A stretch of 64,000 nucleotides of DNA, from positions 12,350,824 through 12,414,823 of the forward strand of contig JARDVH010000167.1 in NCBI GenBank assembly GCA_030324005.1. The letters are read 5' to 3'. Shown here piece by piece: positions 1 to 13,764 of the stretch. The translations under genes were made by a program, and so were the position numbers. The first letter of the stretch is position 1; every line of letters begins with the position of its first letter. A model generated the notes under the pieces. The model was not told the DNA's origin. It did no database searches and saw only the letters and a list, made by a program, of their open reading frames with translations. The DNA is from Negaprion brevirostris. Lineage: Eukaryota.

Positions 1-204
1 AATACAGAATGATAGTGGAGTTCACACACTTCAGGGAATACAGAACACAACCAGTTGGACTTAGAACAAGATTTAAATGTGCATTAGATCCCAAAACCCA
101 TGCTTCTTGCAGAAAATCAGCAACTCAATGGAATATTTCTGTGTATTTGTGGCAGTTCAGAAGGCAAGGACAAAATCCAAATGAATCTTTATAGTGTTTA
201 GGTT

Positions 205-2111
205 TTAGAATTTTTTTAAAATTAATTTATGGGATGTCGATGTCACTGGTCAGGCCAGTATTTATTGCCCATCCTTGATTGCCCTTGAACTGCTGAAGTG
301 TATGTGGTGTAACTACACCCACAGCACTGTTAAGGAGAGATTTCCAGGATTTTGATCCAGCAACAGTGGGAAAATGGTGATATATTTCCAAGTCAAGATG
401 CTGAGTGTGAATGCATCTTGTAGATGGTATACATTGTTGTCACTATTTGTGAGTGGTGGAGGGAGTGAATATTTTGTGCAAGGGGTGCTCATCAAGTGGG
501 TTGGATGGTGTTGAGCTTTTTGAGTGTTTTTGGAGCTGCATTCATCCATGCAAGTGAAGAGTATTCCAAGGCACAACTCCTGAGTTGTACCCTGTATACA
601 GATTCAGGGGAGTTGGGTGGTGAGTTACTTAACTCACCATGTGATTCCTCGACTCTGTCCTGTTCCTGTATCCACAATATTTAAATGATTGGTCCAGTTC
701 AATTTCTGGTCAATGACAGCTCCCATGTAAATGTTGATGATAGAGATTCAGCAAAGGTAATGACATCAAATGTCAAGGGACAATGGTTAGATTCTCCCTT
801 GTCGGAGGTGGTCATTGCTTGACATTTGTGTGTTACTTACCACTTGTCAGCCCAAGCCTGGATATTGTTCCGGCCTTGCTGCATTTAGGCATGGACTGCT
901 TCAGTATCTGATGAGTTACAACTGGTGCCAAACATTGTGTAATGAACAGCGAACATCCCCATTTCTGGCCTTAGAATGGAAGGCAGATCATTGTTGAAGC
1001 AACTGAAGATGGTTAGGCCTAGGGCACTGATATGACAGACTGGTGCAGTGTTGTCTTGGAACTGAGATGATTGAATAACCACAATCAAGTTCATTTGTGC
1101 CTGGTACGATTCCAGCCTGCAGAGGGTTTCCACCTGATTCCCATTGACCCTGTTTTGCTAAGGGCCCTTGATTCCATACTCATTCAAATGCTGCTTTGAT
1201 GTCAAGGGACAGTCACTCTCACATCACCTCTGGCATTCGGTTTGTTTGTCCATGTTTGAACCAAAGCAGTAATGAGGTCAAGAGCTGAGTGACACTGGCA
1301 AAACCCAAAATTAGCATTGGTGAGCAGTTTATTGCTAAGCAAGTGCCACTTGATGCTGCTGTTGATGACCCCTTCCATTTGTTTACTGATGCTTGAGAGT
1401 AGACTGTAATTGGTCAGTTAGCATTTGTCCTGCTTTTTGTGGTAAGAAGCCTCACAACACCAGGTTAAAGTCCAACAGGTTTATTTGATAGTAAACGCCA
1501 CAACGCTTACTATCGAACAAACCTGTTGGAATTTAACCTGGTGTTGTGAGACTTCTTACTTTACTTACCCCAGTCCAATGCCGGCATTTCCACATCATGA
1601 CTGTTTTCTATGTATAGGGCAGTTTTCCATATTGCTGGGTAGAATGTCAAATGTTGTAACTATGCTGGAACAGCTTACTTCGGAGCATAGCGAATTCTGG
1701 AATACAAGTGTTCAGTCGAATTGCTGGGTCAGTATATTGTCAAGGCCAGAGACTTTGTATTGTCCAATGATTTGAGCCATTTCTTGACATTACATGGAGT
1801 GAATTAAATTGGCTGAAGACTGGCATCTGTGATGCTGAGGATCATGCAGAGGAGGTTAAACTGGATCCTCCACTCGATACTTCTGTCTGAAAACTGTAGC
1901 AAATGCTCTGGTCTTATCTTTAACATTGATGTGCTGGCATCTCCATAATTGAGGATGGGAATATTTATGGATCCTCCTCCTCCAGTGAATTGTTTAATTG
2001 CTCACCACCTTTCATGGCTGGATGTGGCAGGGCTACACTGCTTAATTTAATTAATTGGTTGTAGAATCACTAAGTCTGCTACTTGCCACCTATGCTGTTT
2101 GGCACGCAAGT
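205..2111 (-). mobile_element. Old CR1/L2-clade LINE, 3' part; continues at 5898-6250
   Basis: 3' end motif gggatgt..ggccag.atttattgcccatcc recurs at 11540, 17215, 23220 and 53150; ORF disrupted. Confidence 0.7.
1442..1599. mobile_element. Penelope-like terminus arranged as a ~53-bp-arm inverted repeat, inserted in an older LINE
   Basis: 1442-1494 is the near-exact reverse complement of 1507-1559; same family as the 34682 and 55608 copies; no hammerhead core. Confidence 0.72.
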
Positions 2112-2340
2112 CATTACTGAAAGGAAAGACAGCGGGCAAACAATGGCAGGCATTTAAACAACGAATAGTTGAAGTCCAGAAGTTGTTTATTCCTGTTTGA
2201 TGCCAGAGTGACACCAGGGAATTGTACCCTAACTATGGCTTACAAGGGAAATTAGAAATAATATCAGATTCAAGGAAGAAGCATACAAGTTGGCAAGAAA
2301 AAGCAATAGGCCTGAGGATTGGGAGCAGTTTAAAATTCAG
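2112..2340 (+). mobile_element. CR1 LINE ORF2 fragment (inter-domain region)
   Basis: Encodes PWLTREI..KEEAYKLARKSNRPEDWEQFK-type CR1 sequence. Confidence 0.7.
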
Positions 2341-2349
2341 TTTAAAACT

Positions 2350-2488
2350 GAAGCACCTGAAGGAAACCCATGCAGACCTGGGGAACATGCGCAAACTCCA
2401 CACAGATAATGGCCTAAGGCCAGAATTGAACCTGGATCCCTGGCACTATGAGGCAGCAGTGCTAACCACTGTGCCACTGTGCCACCCC
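2350..2488 (-). mobile_element. HE1-like tRNA-derived SINE, truncated
   Basis: Minus strand GGTGGCACAGTGGTTAGC (A box) and GGTTCAATTC (B box). Confidence 0.8.
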
Positions 2489-2940
2489 TGTCAGTTAATT
2501 TGGTGGTGGAGGGCATGTACATTTCAGGAACATGATGCAACAATATGTAATCCACACCCTTCAACTAAATTGTAAACTCACACCTAATCAGGCCAGGCGG
2601 ACAGGATTAAAATAAACCTTAACTTATAGATTTCTTTGGGACCTGTTTCTCCTCTGGTCTGTGACTAGACTACAAGAAATACTCCTCCATTTTCAGTACA
2701 GATGGTCTAAAGTCAATCATGAACCCAAACATGATGAATTTTGATTTTCCTGAACTCTTCCGAATTGCCAAAGTTGTACATTCATACAACCTCTTGATTA
2801 AGCACAGCAAAATCACTGCAGATTTCTGGAAAATGTTCTGGATTAAGAATTTAAACAATCTCATGAACAATTCAGATTGACCTAGTAATTCTCTATACGT
2901 AATATATTCTCAAATCAAGCTCTGCTAACTGATTGATAGT

Positions 2941-3271
2941 GTGGCACGGTGGCAGTGGTTAGCACTGCTGTCTCATAGTGCCAGGGACCGAGCTTCTGGC
3001 CTTGGATGACTGCCTGTGGAGTTTGCACATTCTCCCTGTATCTGCATGGGTTTCCTCCAGGTATTCAGATTTCCTCCCACAATCCAAAGATATGCAGGTT
3101 AGATTGATTGGCCATGCTAAATTGTCGCTTAGTGTCCTGGAATGCGTAGGTGAGAGGGATTAGTGGGGTAAATGTGTGGGGAAGTTGAGGGGATAGGGCC
3201 TGGGTGGGATCATTATCAGTGCAGACTGAAAGGACTGAATTGTCTCCTTCTGTACTGTAGGGATTCTATGA
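2941..3271 (+). mobile_element. HE1-like SINE, near full length
   Basis: A-box head, core gggtttc..cctcccaca, CR1-derived tail ending gattctatga; multiple copies in window. Confidence 0.85.
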
Positions 3272-3319
3272 AATCAAGTATTTTTTAAATATATATTTCC
3301 AGTTAGTTTATATTAAAAT

Positions 3320-3915
3320 CGAATTACACAGAATCTATACAATAGAAACAAGTTACTTATCCCAGCTGGTCCATGATGATGCTTAATCTCCATACCAGCC
3401 TCCTCTAACTCTAACTGCGTCTTCTTACCTTGCCCCCATATCCATTCTCTTCTCCCTCTTGGACACATCTACTCTCTCCATAAATATAGCAACAATTTGT
3501 CTTTCAACCATTACATATTGTAATGAGTTCCACCTTCTTGCTGATCTGTGAGTGAATTATTCCTAATTTTTTATTTTGATGGATTAGTGGCTATTTTATA
3601 TTTAGGATCCTGCCCGTCCCCCCAACCCACCACTGCACCCCCTCCCCTCCTTGTTCTGGTCTCACCAGTAGGTGGAAACAGTTTTGTTTTTTGCACCCAC
3701 TCGATTGAACTTCCTAATTTGAAAGGCCTTTATCGGGTCTTTTTGTTTCCAGTGAGTCGAACCCCAGCCTGACCATCCTTTCGTAACAGTTCCATTCTCT
3801 CAGTTCTGGTAATACCCCAGTAAATCCTTTTCTTAATGCATTTGCCAGTGCTTCCCTGTCCTCTCTCTCGTGTGGAGACCAGAGCTGGGCACAGCATTTC
3901 AACTGTGGTCGAACT
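3320..3915 (-). mobile_element. Decayed CR1 LINE 3' fragment
   Basis: Minus ORF SLVRPQLKCCAQLWSP..YERMVRLG. Confidence 0.7.
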
Positions 3916-4574
3916 AAGCTTCTGTTTTGATTTAATATTTTTTTTAATAACCATAGGCTGCCAATGAAATGCAAGTCCTGAAAAGCAGTTGGATCATTTC
4001 CATTTTAATGCAATCTTCATTGTTTCAGAATACGGTGAGAAAGAGGAACAAAAGAAAGAGAACAAAAAAAGTGAAATAAAGCAGGTCAGAAAATAGAAGA
4101 CAATCACACAAAGCAAATAGGAATCAAAAAAGACAGCAGGGAAGAAAACTGGGAAAGTAGAACCTAATTAAACTGCTTTGTGTGATACTCTCAATAGGAA
4201 GAGGAAAACAATTTTGTGAAGCTAATGCAATAAGAAATCCTAATACTATTTCAAATACTTTTTTTGTCAATTGACTGACTACTTTATTACATTTTTTTTT
4301 CAATTTAACTGATATGTAGCAGGCAATTAAACAAAGGATTCTGAACCCTATGAACCAGGTCATTGGTGTCGTGGGAAAAAAAATTAGAAAATCAAATCTT
4401 TGTCTCAAAAAATGAAGTCTGCCTGCTGCCTAGCACTACATGGTTTTATTAGAAATTCTATATTCATATTCCTCNNNNNNNNNNNNNNNNNNNNNNNNNN
4501 NNNNNNNNNNNNNNNNNNNNNNNNNNNNNNNNNNNNNNNNNNNNNNNNNNNNNNNNNNNNNNNNNNNNNNNNNN

Positions 4575-4918
4575 ACCTTCAATCCCATCAATTTCCACAA
4601 AACCATTTCTCTACTAATGCTGATTTCCTTCAGCTCTTCATTAAAACATGTTTCTCTCAGCATTTGTGGTACATTATTCATGTCTTCCTTTGTGAAGACT
4701 AAAGCAAAGTACAAATTTAATTCCTCACCCATTTCTTTATTTCCTGTTATGAATCCTCCAGTTACTGACTGTAAGGGGCCTACGTTCATTTTTGTCAGTC
4801 TTTTTCTTTTTACATATCGACAGAAACTTTTACAGTCAGTTTTATGTCCCCTGCTAACTTAATTTCACAACTCCATTTTTCCCTTCTTAATCAATCCCCT
4901 GGTTCTCCTTTGCTGAAT
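4575..4918 (-). mobile_element. CR1 LINE ORF2 fragment, inverted
   Basis: Minus ORF NVGPLQSVTGGFITGNKEMGEELNLYFALVFTKED, typical of CR1 ORF2. Confidence 0.8.
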
Positions 4919-5897
4919 GGGATTCTGAGGGATCTGTGCGAAGACCCCAATTGTTCACACTGTAAATGATTTGGAAGAAGGAACTGAATGTGTTATCTCC
5001 AGATGTGCAAATGATACAAAGTTGGGTGGGAGGGTGAGCTGTGAGGAGGATGCAGAGATGCTTCAGCGTGATTTGGACAGGCTGAGTGTGGGCATGTGCA
5101 TGTTAGATGCAGTATAATGTGGATAAATGTGAGGTTATCCACCTCAGTAGCAATAATAGGAAGACAGATTATGACTTGAATGGGTGTAAATTGAGAGAGG
5201 TGGATACTTGATGAGACCTTGAGTCCTCATGCATCAATCACTGAAAGTAAGCACGCAGGTATAGCAAGCAGTGAAGAAAGCAAATGGTTTGAGTACAGGG
5301 ATAGAGATGTTTTGCTGCAATTGTAGAGGGTGTTGGTGAGGCCACACCTGGATTATTGTGTGCAGTTTTGGTATCTTTATCTGAGGATGGATGTCCTTGT
5401 TATAACGGGAGCACAGAAAAGTTTACCAGGCTGATTTCTAGAATGGCAGATCTGTCATATGAGGTGAGACTAAATCGGTTAGGATTATATTCACTGGAGT
5501 TTAGAAGCGTGAGAGGGAATCTCATAGAATCTTATAAAATTCTAACAGGGTTGGGGACAGGGTAGATTCAGAAATAATGTTCCCATTGGTGGGGATAGTC
5601 CAGAACTAGGGGTCATAGTTTGAGGATAAGGGATATACTTGGACAGAGGTGAGGAGAAATTTCTTCACCCCAGAGGGTGGTGAACGTGTGGAATTCACTC
5701 CCACAGAATGTAGTTGTGGCCAAAATATTGTCTGATTTCAGGAAGAAATTAGATATAATTCTTGAGGCTAAAGGGAACAAAGAATATGTGAGGAAGGGGG
5801 CATGAGGATATTGAATTTCATGATCAGCCATGGCCAAAATGAATGGTGGAGCAGGCTCAAAGGGCTGAATGAACTTCTCCTACTTCTCGTTTCTATG
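4917..5897 (+). mobile_element. CR1 LINE 3' part (RT C-terminus and 3' UTR)
   Basis: NDLEEG..ISRCANDTKLGG (FADDTK-like), LSYEVRLNRLGLYSLEFR, short tandem tail ttctatgt. Confidence 0.85.
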
Positions 5898-6479
<582 letters not shown>

Positions 6480-6734
6480 TGAAAGTAACTTGATTTGACC
6501 AGCATGATAGCAAAATGCAACACCTTTCTAATTCTAATTCCTCATTTATTTTCCATCACCTTCCCAGTCACAGCACTCAACTGACCACTTGTATGGAAAG
6601 TCCTGACATTGCACACTCCCTCCCAAGAGCCAGTGGTGTGCCACCCCAACTCCAAACATGGACCTAAATAGCAGTTTTACAAATTTAATTGGTTATTTTG
6701 TTGGAAAGACCCAAATAGCCCACAGTCAACACTA

Positions 6735-7285
6735 CAAGAGTAGAGGATGCTGGAGAAACTCAGCAGGTCAAATAGTGTAAGCAGAGAAAACAGAGTTAAC
6801 ATTTTGAGTCTCTTTGGCTCTTAATCAGAACTAAAGAGTGGGAGAAATGTGTTTGATATGAAGCTGTAGCTGTGAGAGATTGCTACAAGCTGTAGCAATG
6901 TTCAGAACAAAAGACAGATGGGCTGGTATGGAAGATGTGAACATTGAGATAATAAATGTATGAGATTTATTTCTAAAAAAGGATTTAAGATGGAGGAGAA
7001 AGTTGTTGAACACTATGTTGAGTCCTGAGGGTTGTAACATTCCCATCTTAAGATGAGATGCTGTTCCTCCAGCTTGCTTTGAGTTTCGCTGGAGCATTGC
7101 AGCAGGTCAAGGATGGACATGTGATCATGAGAATGGAGTGCTGAGTTAAAATGGCAAGGAAACAGAAGGTGGGGGGGGGGGTTCTTTCAGGTAAGCAGAA
7201 GGTTGGGGTCATGCTTCCAGACTGAGTTAACGTATCTGCAAAGTGGTCACCCAGTTTATGGTTAGAATCCCTAATGGAGAGATAA
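6735..7285 (-). mobile_element. Decayed Penelope-like element 3' part (GIY-YIG endonuclease C-terminus plus terminal repeat)
   Basis: Minus-strand frameshifted peptides KLEEQHLI and LQPSGLNIVFNNF, followed by a degenerate hammerhead at 6794-6832. Confidence 0.7.
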
Positions 7286-7829
7286 CAGTAAATTTGCCTT
7301 GCCAGAAATGAATCCTACTCTTTATCGAGCGTTGCATTCGAGACTTTGTGGGGAGTTAAATACGCCAGTTTACATCAAAGAATATGCGGAATGGAGTTGT
7401 GGCTGAGGAGGAGGGTCAGATCTGGACCCTGCAAGCTTTCTGTTGCCAAATTTACTGTGGGAAAGAAAATGCTGAGTGAATATCACCAGAGAGAGAGAGT
7501 CCTTCTTCAGAGAGAGACTCCTTCCCCAGAGAGACAGACAGACAGAGTCCGATTCAGGCATCTCCTGAAAGCCAATTATAGCATGGGATTGCCTGGATCA
7601 GAGCTTGGATCACAAGCTCAGTCGCCGATTGGATACTAGGAATTCAAGAGGTAAGAAATGCAATCTGAGTGTTTGTGCTTTTTTCAAATGTGGGATTCAG
7701 AAAAGCAGATTACTTTTCTTCAGGGAGATGGCGATTTACAAAACGTGTTACGCTTCTTAAGATGAGAATCAGCACCCACATGTGTTCAGTGAGCATTTGA
7801 GACAGAGAACATCGCAGCACCAATCTCCA

Positions 7830-8517
7830 CCGGATTCGAGTCCCAGCTTGGGATCACTGTCTGTGCAGAGTCTGTACATTCTCCCCATGTCTACGTGGGT
7901 TTCCTCCAGGTGCTCTGGTTTCCTCCCACAATCTGAAAGACATGCTGGTTAGGTGCTAAATTCTCCCTCAGCGTACCCATATGAAGAACTCTGAGGACTC
8001 TGGGTCTGTACTCGATGGAGTTTAGAAGGATGAGGGGAGGATCTTCTTGAAACTTACAGGATACTGCGAAGCCTGGATAGAGTGGACATCGAGAGGATGT
8101 TTCCACTTGTAAGAAAAACTAGAACCAAGGGCACAACCTCAAACTAAATGGACGATCCTTTAAAACAGAAATGAGGAGGAATTTCTTCAGCCAGAGAGTG
8201 GTGAATCTGTGGAACTCTTTGCCGCAGAAGGCTCTGGAGGCCAGGTCATTGGGTGTCTTTAAGACAGAGATAGATACGTTCTTGATTAATAAGGGGATCA
8301 GGGATTATGGGGAAAAGGCAGAAGAACGGGGATGAGAAAAATATCAGCCATGATTGAATGGCAGAACGGACTCGATGGGCCGAGTGGCCTAATTCTGCTC
8401 TTAAGTCTTACGGTCTTATAACAGGCGCTGAGTGTGGCGATGAGGGGATTTTCACAGTAACTTAATTGCACTGTTAATCTGAGTCTACTTGCGACACTAA
8501 CAAAATAAAAAATAAAC
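7830..8517 (+). mobile_element. SINE split by a nested CR1 3' fragment (about 7985-8420)
   Basis: SINE halves 7830-7978 and 8420-8517 are contiguous in the intact copies at 12008-12310 and 45060-45338; insert encodes LGLYSMEFRR and VVNLWNSLP. Confidence 0.8.
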
Positions 8518-9789
8518 CTGTGCCAAGAGGGCTAGAAAGGGAACATTAGTGAGAGGTATCACTCCTGGTCCTTGCTAGAACAGCACCGGACATTGGGTGA
8601 GGCCACACTCAGGCTTGCCCAACCCACCCTTTCCACCCAAAGGGTCCTGCCAAGACAGACTGCCAAGATGTAAGTGATAATCAGTTGGACGGAGTAATGA
8701 CACTAAGGTCGGTGGTGTTGTGGATGGTCTGGAAGGATGGCAAAAGTTGCAGCAGGACATAGATAGGATGCAGNNNNNNNNNNNNNNNNNNNNNNNNNNN
8801 NNNNNNNNNNNNNNNNNNNNNNNNNNNNNNNNNNNNNNNNNNNNNNNNNNNNNNNNNNNNNNNNNNNNNNNNNTATAATCCCAGAGATAGTATGAATTAG
8901 CAGGTCTCGGACCAGTAGGCTTGGGCATGCAGAAAACAACCATTTGCTCTGAGTTGGTTCAATCTGCAGATCTTGCCACCATAGTGATGCAACAAGTTTC
9001 CCATTGCTTTACCAGTTAAGTTCACGCAAGACACGTGCTCAAAACATTGTCTGGAGCAGAAGTGCATGAGAATGCTCGTCCCGAGTGATGGCTCTATCTT
9101 TCCTCCTTCCATCAATGCATTGAAAATGCTGTGGACTGTCTTGCTTAATCAAGTCTGCTCCATGGGCCAGTTTGTTCCCACTGCCAGACAAGCTGCTTGG
9201 AAAGCCAACGAACCCCTCCCCTTTGATGAGTTGGTCATTAGGTAATTGATCAAATGTGGGTGTGTGTTTGAGTCTTGATTCAGTAGGAGCTTACTAGTTT
9301 AAAAAAAAGTTGATGATGGATCAAGTGTAAGGTTAGCAGCAATATCTTTTCATTCATTAGTTGCTGATGGCAACAGCTTTGGTTCTACTTTATCTGGGAA
9401 TAGACAAGTCTAAGACTGCAGCCAAACCAGTATACCAACTTAGAGAATACCAAACCAGTATACCAACTTGTGGAGAAATAAATCTTAGCTTTCATCAATA
9501 TCACTGAGCAATGATTTGACAGTTGTCAGTGACATCATTGGTTGCAAAGGATAGAGTGTGTCACAAAAAATCTGTCTTTCCAATAACGAATATACAGATG
9601 GTAAAGAATGTCCTATTTTTTCTACATATTTTGGTTATCCAGCTTCAACAAGTGGCCATTCATTGTATTTGAGCAATATAAATGACCCCATACTGAAAGG
9701 TATCTTATTTTATACCATTGAGTTTGACATTGTGATTCCTCTTGTGATAGATTAATTTTCTGTAGCATTAATTGGTCAATGCAATCACT

Positions 9790-10400
9790 TGTGTTTATCA
9801 AGCACCTTTAATGCAATAACAGATCCAAAGGCACTTGACAGGAATGTGGTAAAGCAAAATTTTACACTGAGCACCTTCAGACATATTAAGGAAGATGACC
9901 AAAATCTTAGGCAAGGACATAGATTTGAAGGATGGTCTTGAAGAAATTGAGAGGGGAGGGAGAGGGAATTTCCCAGCTGAGTGCCATAGCATTTGAAAGC
10001 AGAGCCACCTGCAGTTGAGCATAGAGTCATAAAATTTAAGAGCAGTTAAAATTAAGGATCGTCAAGAGACCCTGACCAGAATTAGAAAAGTGGAAATAAC
10101 TTTTTAAGGTTGTGAGAAGAAATTGCCGAGATAGGGAGAGGTGAAGCCATGAAGGAATGTGAAGTGGTCAATTTTGAAATTGGATGTTGCTAAACTGGGA
10201 ACCAGGACAGATTAGAGAGACGTGATGGGTGAATGGGATTTGCTGNNNNNNNNNNNNNNNNNNNNNNNNNNNNNNNNNNNNNNNNNNNNNNNNNNNNNNN
10301 NNNNNNNNNNNNNNNNNNNNNNNNNNNNNNNNNNNNNNNNNNNNNGAAGTCAATGTATTTCAGCAAGCACAGGGGTAGAGGGTGAATGGGATTTGCTGCA
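9790..10400 (-). mobile_element. Decayed L2-like LINE 3' fragment
   Basis: Similar to 37180-38400; minus-strand GGSAF..LGNSL motif. Confidence 0.55.
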
Positions 10401-10609
10401 GTCTTTGAAAATGCTTTTGTAACCCATTTATTTTAAATTAGAAATGAAACCTACTTCATACTGACCAAGGCAGTAATAACTCTTACGTCCATTTGATGCA
10501 AGAAAAAGAAACAAATATGAACAGAAAGTGAACTTGTGGATAAGATACATGCCATTTCTTGCTCTTGCAAGTTCTCTTGTCTTATTGCAGTTTTTCTCTC
10601 CCGTGCTAG

Positions 10610-10732
10610 TTTCCTTCCCCTGAGTGGGACACAGTTACTCCAGAGGCCAAGAATCTCATCAACCAGATGTTGACCATTAACCCCGCCAAACGTATTACTG
10701 CCACTGAGGCTCTGAAACACCCCTGGGTCTGT
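10610..10732 (+). CDS. CAMK2B: CAMK2B kinase-domain exon, 123 nt: [41 protein letters not shown]
   Basis: ctcccgtgctag acceptor, gtaagt donor, phase 0-0; translated by hand (absent from the ORF track on +). Confidence 0.97.
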
Positions 10733-11149
10733 GTAAGTGTTCACATATTCGCGTTGATCAGGAGAGGGAAGAGTAGCTTCAGCTTGCATCGTCATCCACA
10801 AACATAGCGTGAATCCAGTTTCAAAATAGGATCACTTTGACTATTACAAATCAGAAAGCAGAAATTTTGCACCTTACAATCTATTCACAAAGTAACATCA
10901 GTTGGACTTAACCATTTCACAAATGTTATTGCAGAATGTTATTGCTGTAAATAATGTGGGTTGTTCACATGTAACTCCGCCATCTGGGATGATGATCAAG
11001 TGTCCCAGATTAAAAGGGGTATGAAGAGATTCTGATGATGCTCAGCTCACACTCTTCAAAAAAAAACACATGGCCTTGTGAGTTAATGTAGAAAGTGTAC
11101 TGTTTTTAATGGGCTGAGGAAATGAATGGGGTAAATATGTTCACAGTAA

Positions 11150-11344
<195 letters not shown>

Positions 11345-11529
11345 TGAGAATCTTCTATCCTAATTATTGGTGCATTGAGTCTTGTGATGACAGTTTTCAA
11401 AATGTTTCGATAGTTTTCTCTTCCTTTGAATCTGAACATGAAAAGGAGACTTGCCCTAGTGCACAGTTCCCTGCCCAGTTACAGAATATTGTTTTCGGTG
11501 TTCGACAGCACAAGGACCTGTGTGTTTCA

Positions 11530-12570
11530 TATTCATTTTAGGGATGTGGGCGTAGCTGGCTTGGCCAGCATTTATTGCCCATTCCTAATTGCCTTTGAGA
11601 ATATGGTGGTGAGTTGCTTTCTTGAATGGCTGCAATCCATGTGGTGTAGGTACATCCACAGTGCTGTTTGGAAGGGAATCCAGGATTTCGACCCAATGGC
11701 ACTGAAGGGTGGCAATATATTTACAAGTCCACATGGTGAGTGGCTTGGAGGAGAATTTCCAGATGTTGGTGCTCCCATGTATCTGCTGCTCTTGTCCTTC
11801 TAGATGATAGTGGTCATGGGTTTGGAAGATGTTGTCTAAGGGATTTTGGTGAGTTGCTGAAGTGCATCTTGTACATGGTTCACACTGTTCGTCAATGGTT
11901 GAGAGTGAATATTTGTGCAAGGGATACCAATCAAGCACATTGCTTTGATTTGAACGGTGTCGAGCTTCTTCAGTGCTGTTGGAGCTTCAGTCATCCAGGC
12001 AACATCAAAGTTTTTAAAAGTTTATTTATTAGTGCCACAAATAGGCTTATATTAACAGCAATGAAGTTACTGTGAAAATTTCTGAGTTGCTTTATTCCAG
12101 CACCTGTTCAGGTACACTAAGGGAAAATTTAGCACGGTGAAAGCACCTAACCAGCATGTCTTTTGGACTGTGGGAGGAAACCAGAGCACTTGGACAAATC
12201 CCACACAGACACAGGGAGAAGTTGCAGACTTGGCATAGACAGTGACCCAAGACTGGAACTGAATGCAGGTCCCTGAGACTATGGGGCAGCAGTGCTAACC
12301 GTTATGCCTAATGCCATTCTCCAAGTGGTGTTCAACATGGGGGAGCACTGATTCATCAGCTGAGGAAGGGGATGGGTGGGGTGGTATATAGTAACCAGCA
12401 GGAAGTTTCCAGCCCATGTTTGACCTGATGCCATGAGATTTCCTGCACTGTTGAGGACTCCTGGAGCAGTTCCCTTCCAGCTTTATACCATTCTGCCACC
12501 AACACTGCTGGGCCTGTCCTCCTTTTAGGACAGACATGCCCAGGGATGGTGATGGTGGAGAATCAACCAC
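11530..12570 (-). mobile_element. CR1/L2-clade LINE 3' fragment with nested minus-strand SINE (12008-12310)
   Basis: Minus ORF SLPNSTVDVPTPHGLQPFKKATHHHILKGN; SINE A/B boxes near 12260-12305. Confidence 0.75.
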
Positions 12571-13764
12571 GTAGCTGTGGGTCTAGCATCACATGTAGGC
12601 CAGACCAGGTGAGGACAGTAGATTTCCTTCCTTAAAGGACATTAGTGAATCGACTATGCTGCTCATGGTTGCTGTGCTATGACAATCGACGATGGTCTCA
12701 TGGCCGTCATTAGACTTGTAATTCCACATTATTTTCATTGAATTATTCAAATCTTACTCAAATTCATCACCTGTCATGCTGGAATTCAAACCAGAGTCCC
12801 AGAGTATTATCTTAGGTCTCCAGATTACTAGTCCAATGACAGTACCACTACGTCACTTCTAAATCAGTTCGTTAACTGCAGGCAAAAAGAAAATCACCAA
12901 ATGCTGGAAATTCTCACCAAGATAGCTGGTATCTGCAGAGAGAGAAGCAGAATTAAGATATCAAATTAATAATCTTTGTTTCATCAGAATGACCTTGCTG
13001 ATTATATTCAGCATCTTGATTTTTATGTTTCTCTTTGGGAGGGATAAATCTTGGCCTTATACATGGAGACACTAAATGCTCTTTGTTGAACCTTGCCAAG
13101 GGATCTTCAATGTGTGCCTGAAGAGGGTTAACAGTGCCTCAATCTCATATCTTATCTGAAAATGCAGTACTTGCTGAGTTTGAGGAGTGTGTCTTGAACC
13201 CACAGCCTTCTTAGTTGAAGGTGGAGGGCTATCATTGAGTGAAGATTGACACATGTACAACACAAGTATAAATAAAAGTTAAAAACCTTTGTGATCAGCG
13301 AACTCAGATCACAAGGAGATAAAATAAATTGAATTATAAAGCATCTGCACATTGCAATTTGGTAAAATCCAAAAAGTTGCCATTTCATCCATTTTTGAAG
13401 GTTAGACGTTTCTAGTAATTGCGCAATACTTGGAAGAAACATTTGGAAAATATCAACTCATGTAAACAGAAGACTAAAGAAACACGAGATTTGCATAATA
13501 CCTTCTCATATAAATGTATCATGCACTCTGAATTATATTCTGTGATGTAATAATTAAACTGTTCAGTGGAACAATATTGAACCTCAGATGGCCTCAGAAG
13601 TTCAATGTGTCACAAAGCAGTTTGCTCATTGTATTTCATTTCCAAACTGCTAACTTGATTTATTTAAAAGGAAATAACTGAAGTGGAAATAATTTAAGTT
13701 GCATAATCTTTTGTTGGTGTTGAATGAGTAAGTGACCAGACCTGATATCTTAAGTCCATTGCTG

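Noticed and set aside
9422-9470. Two copies of ccaaaccagtataccaactt with a 28-bp period
   Set aside because: A simple two-unit tandem duplication; not a CRISPR array, with no cas genes and a eukaryotic context.
10581-10609. Upstream alternative acceptor cttattgcag ending 10590
   Set aside because: It would add 19 nt and frameshift the kinase domain; nothing else supports its use.
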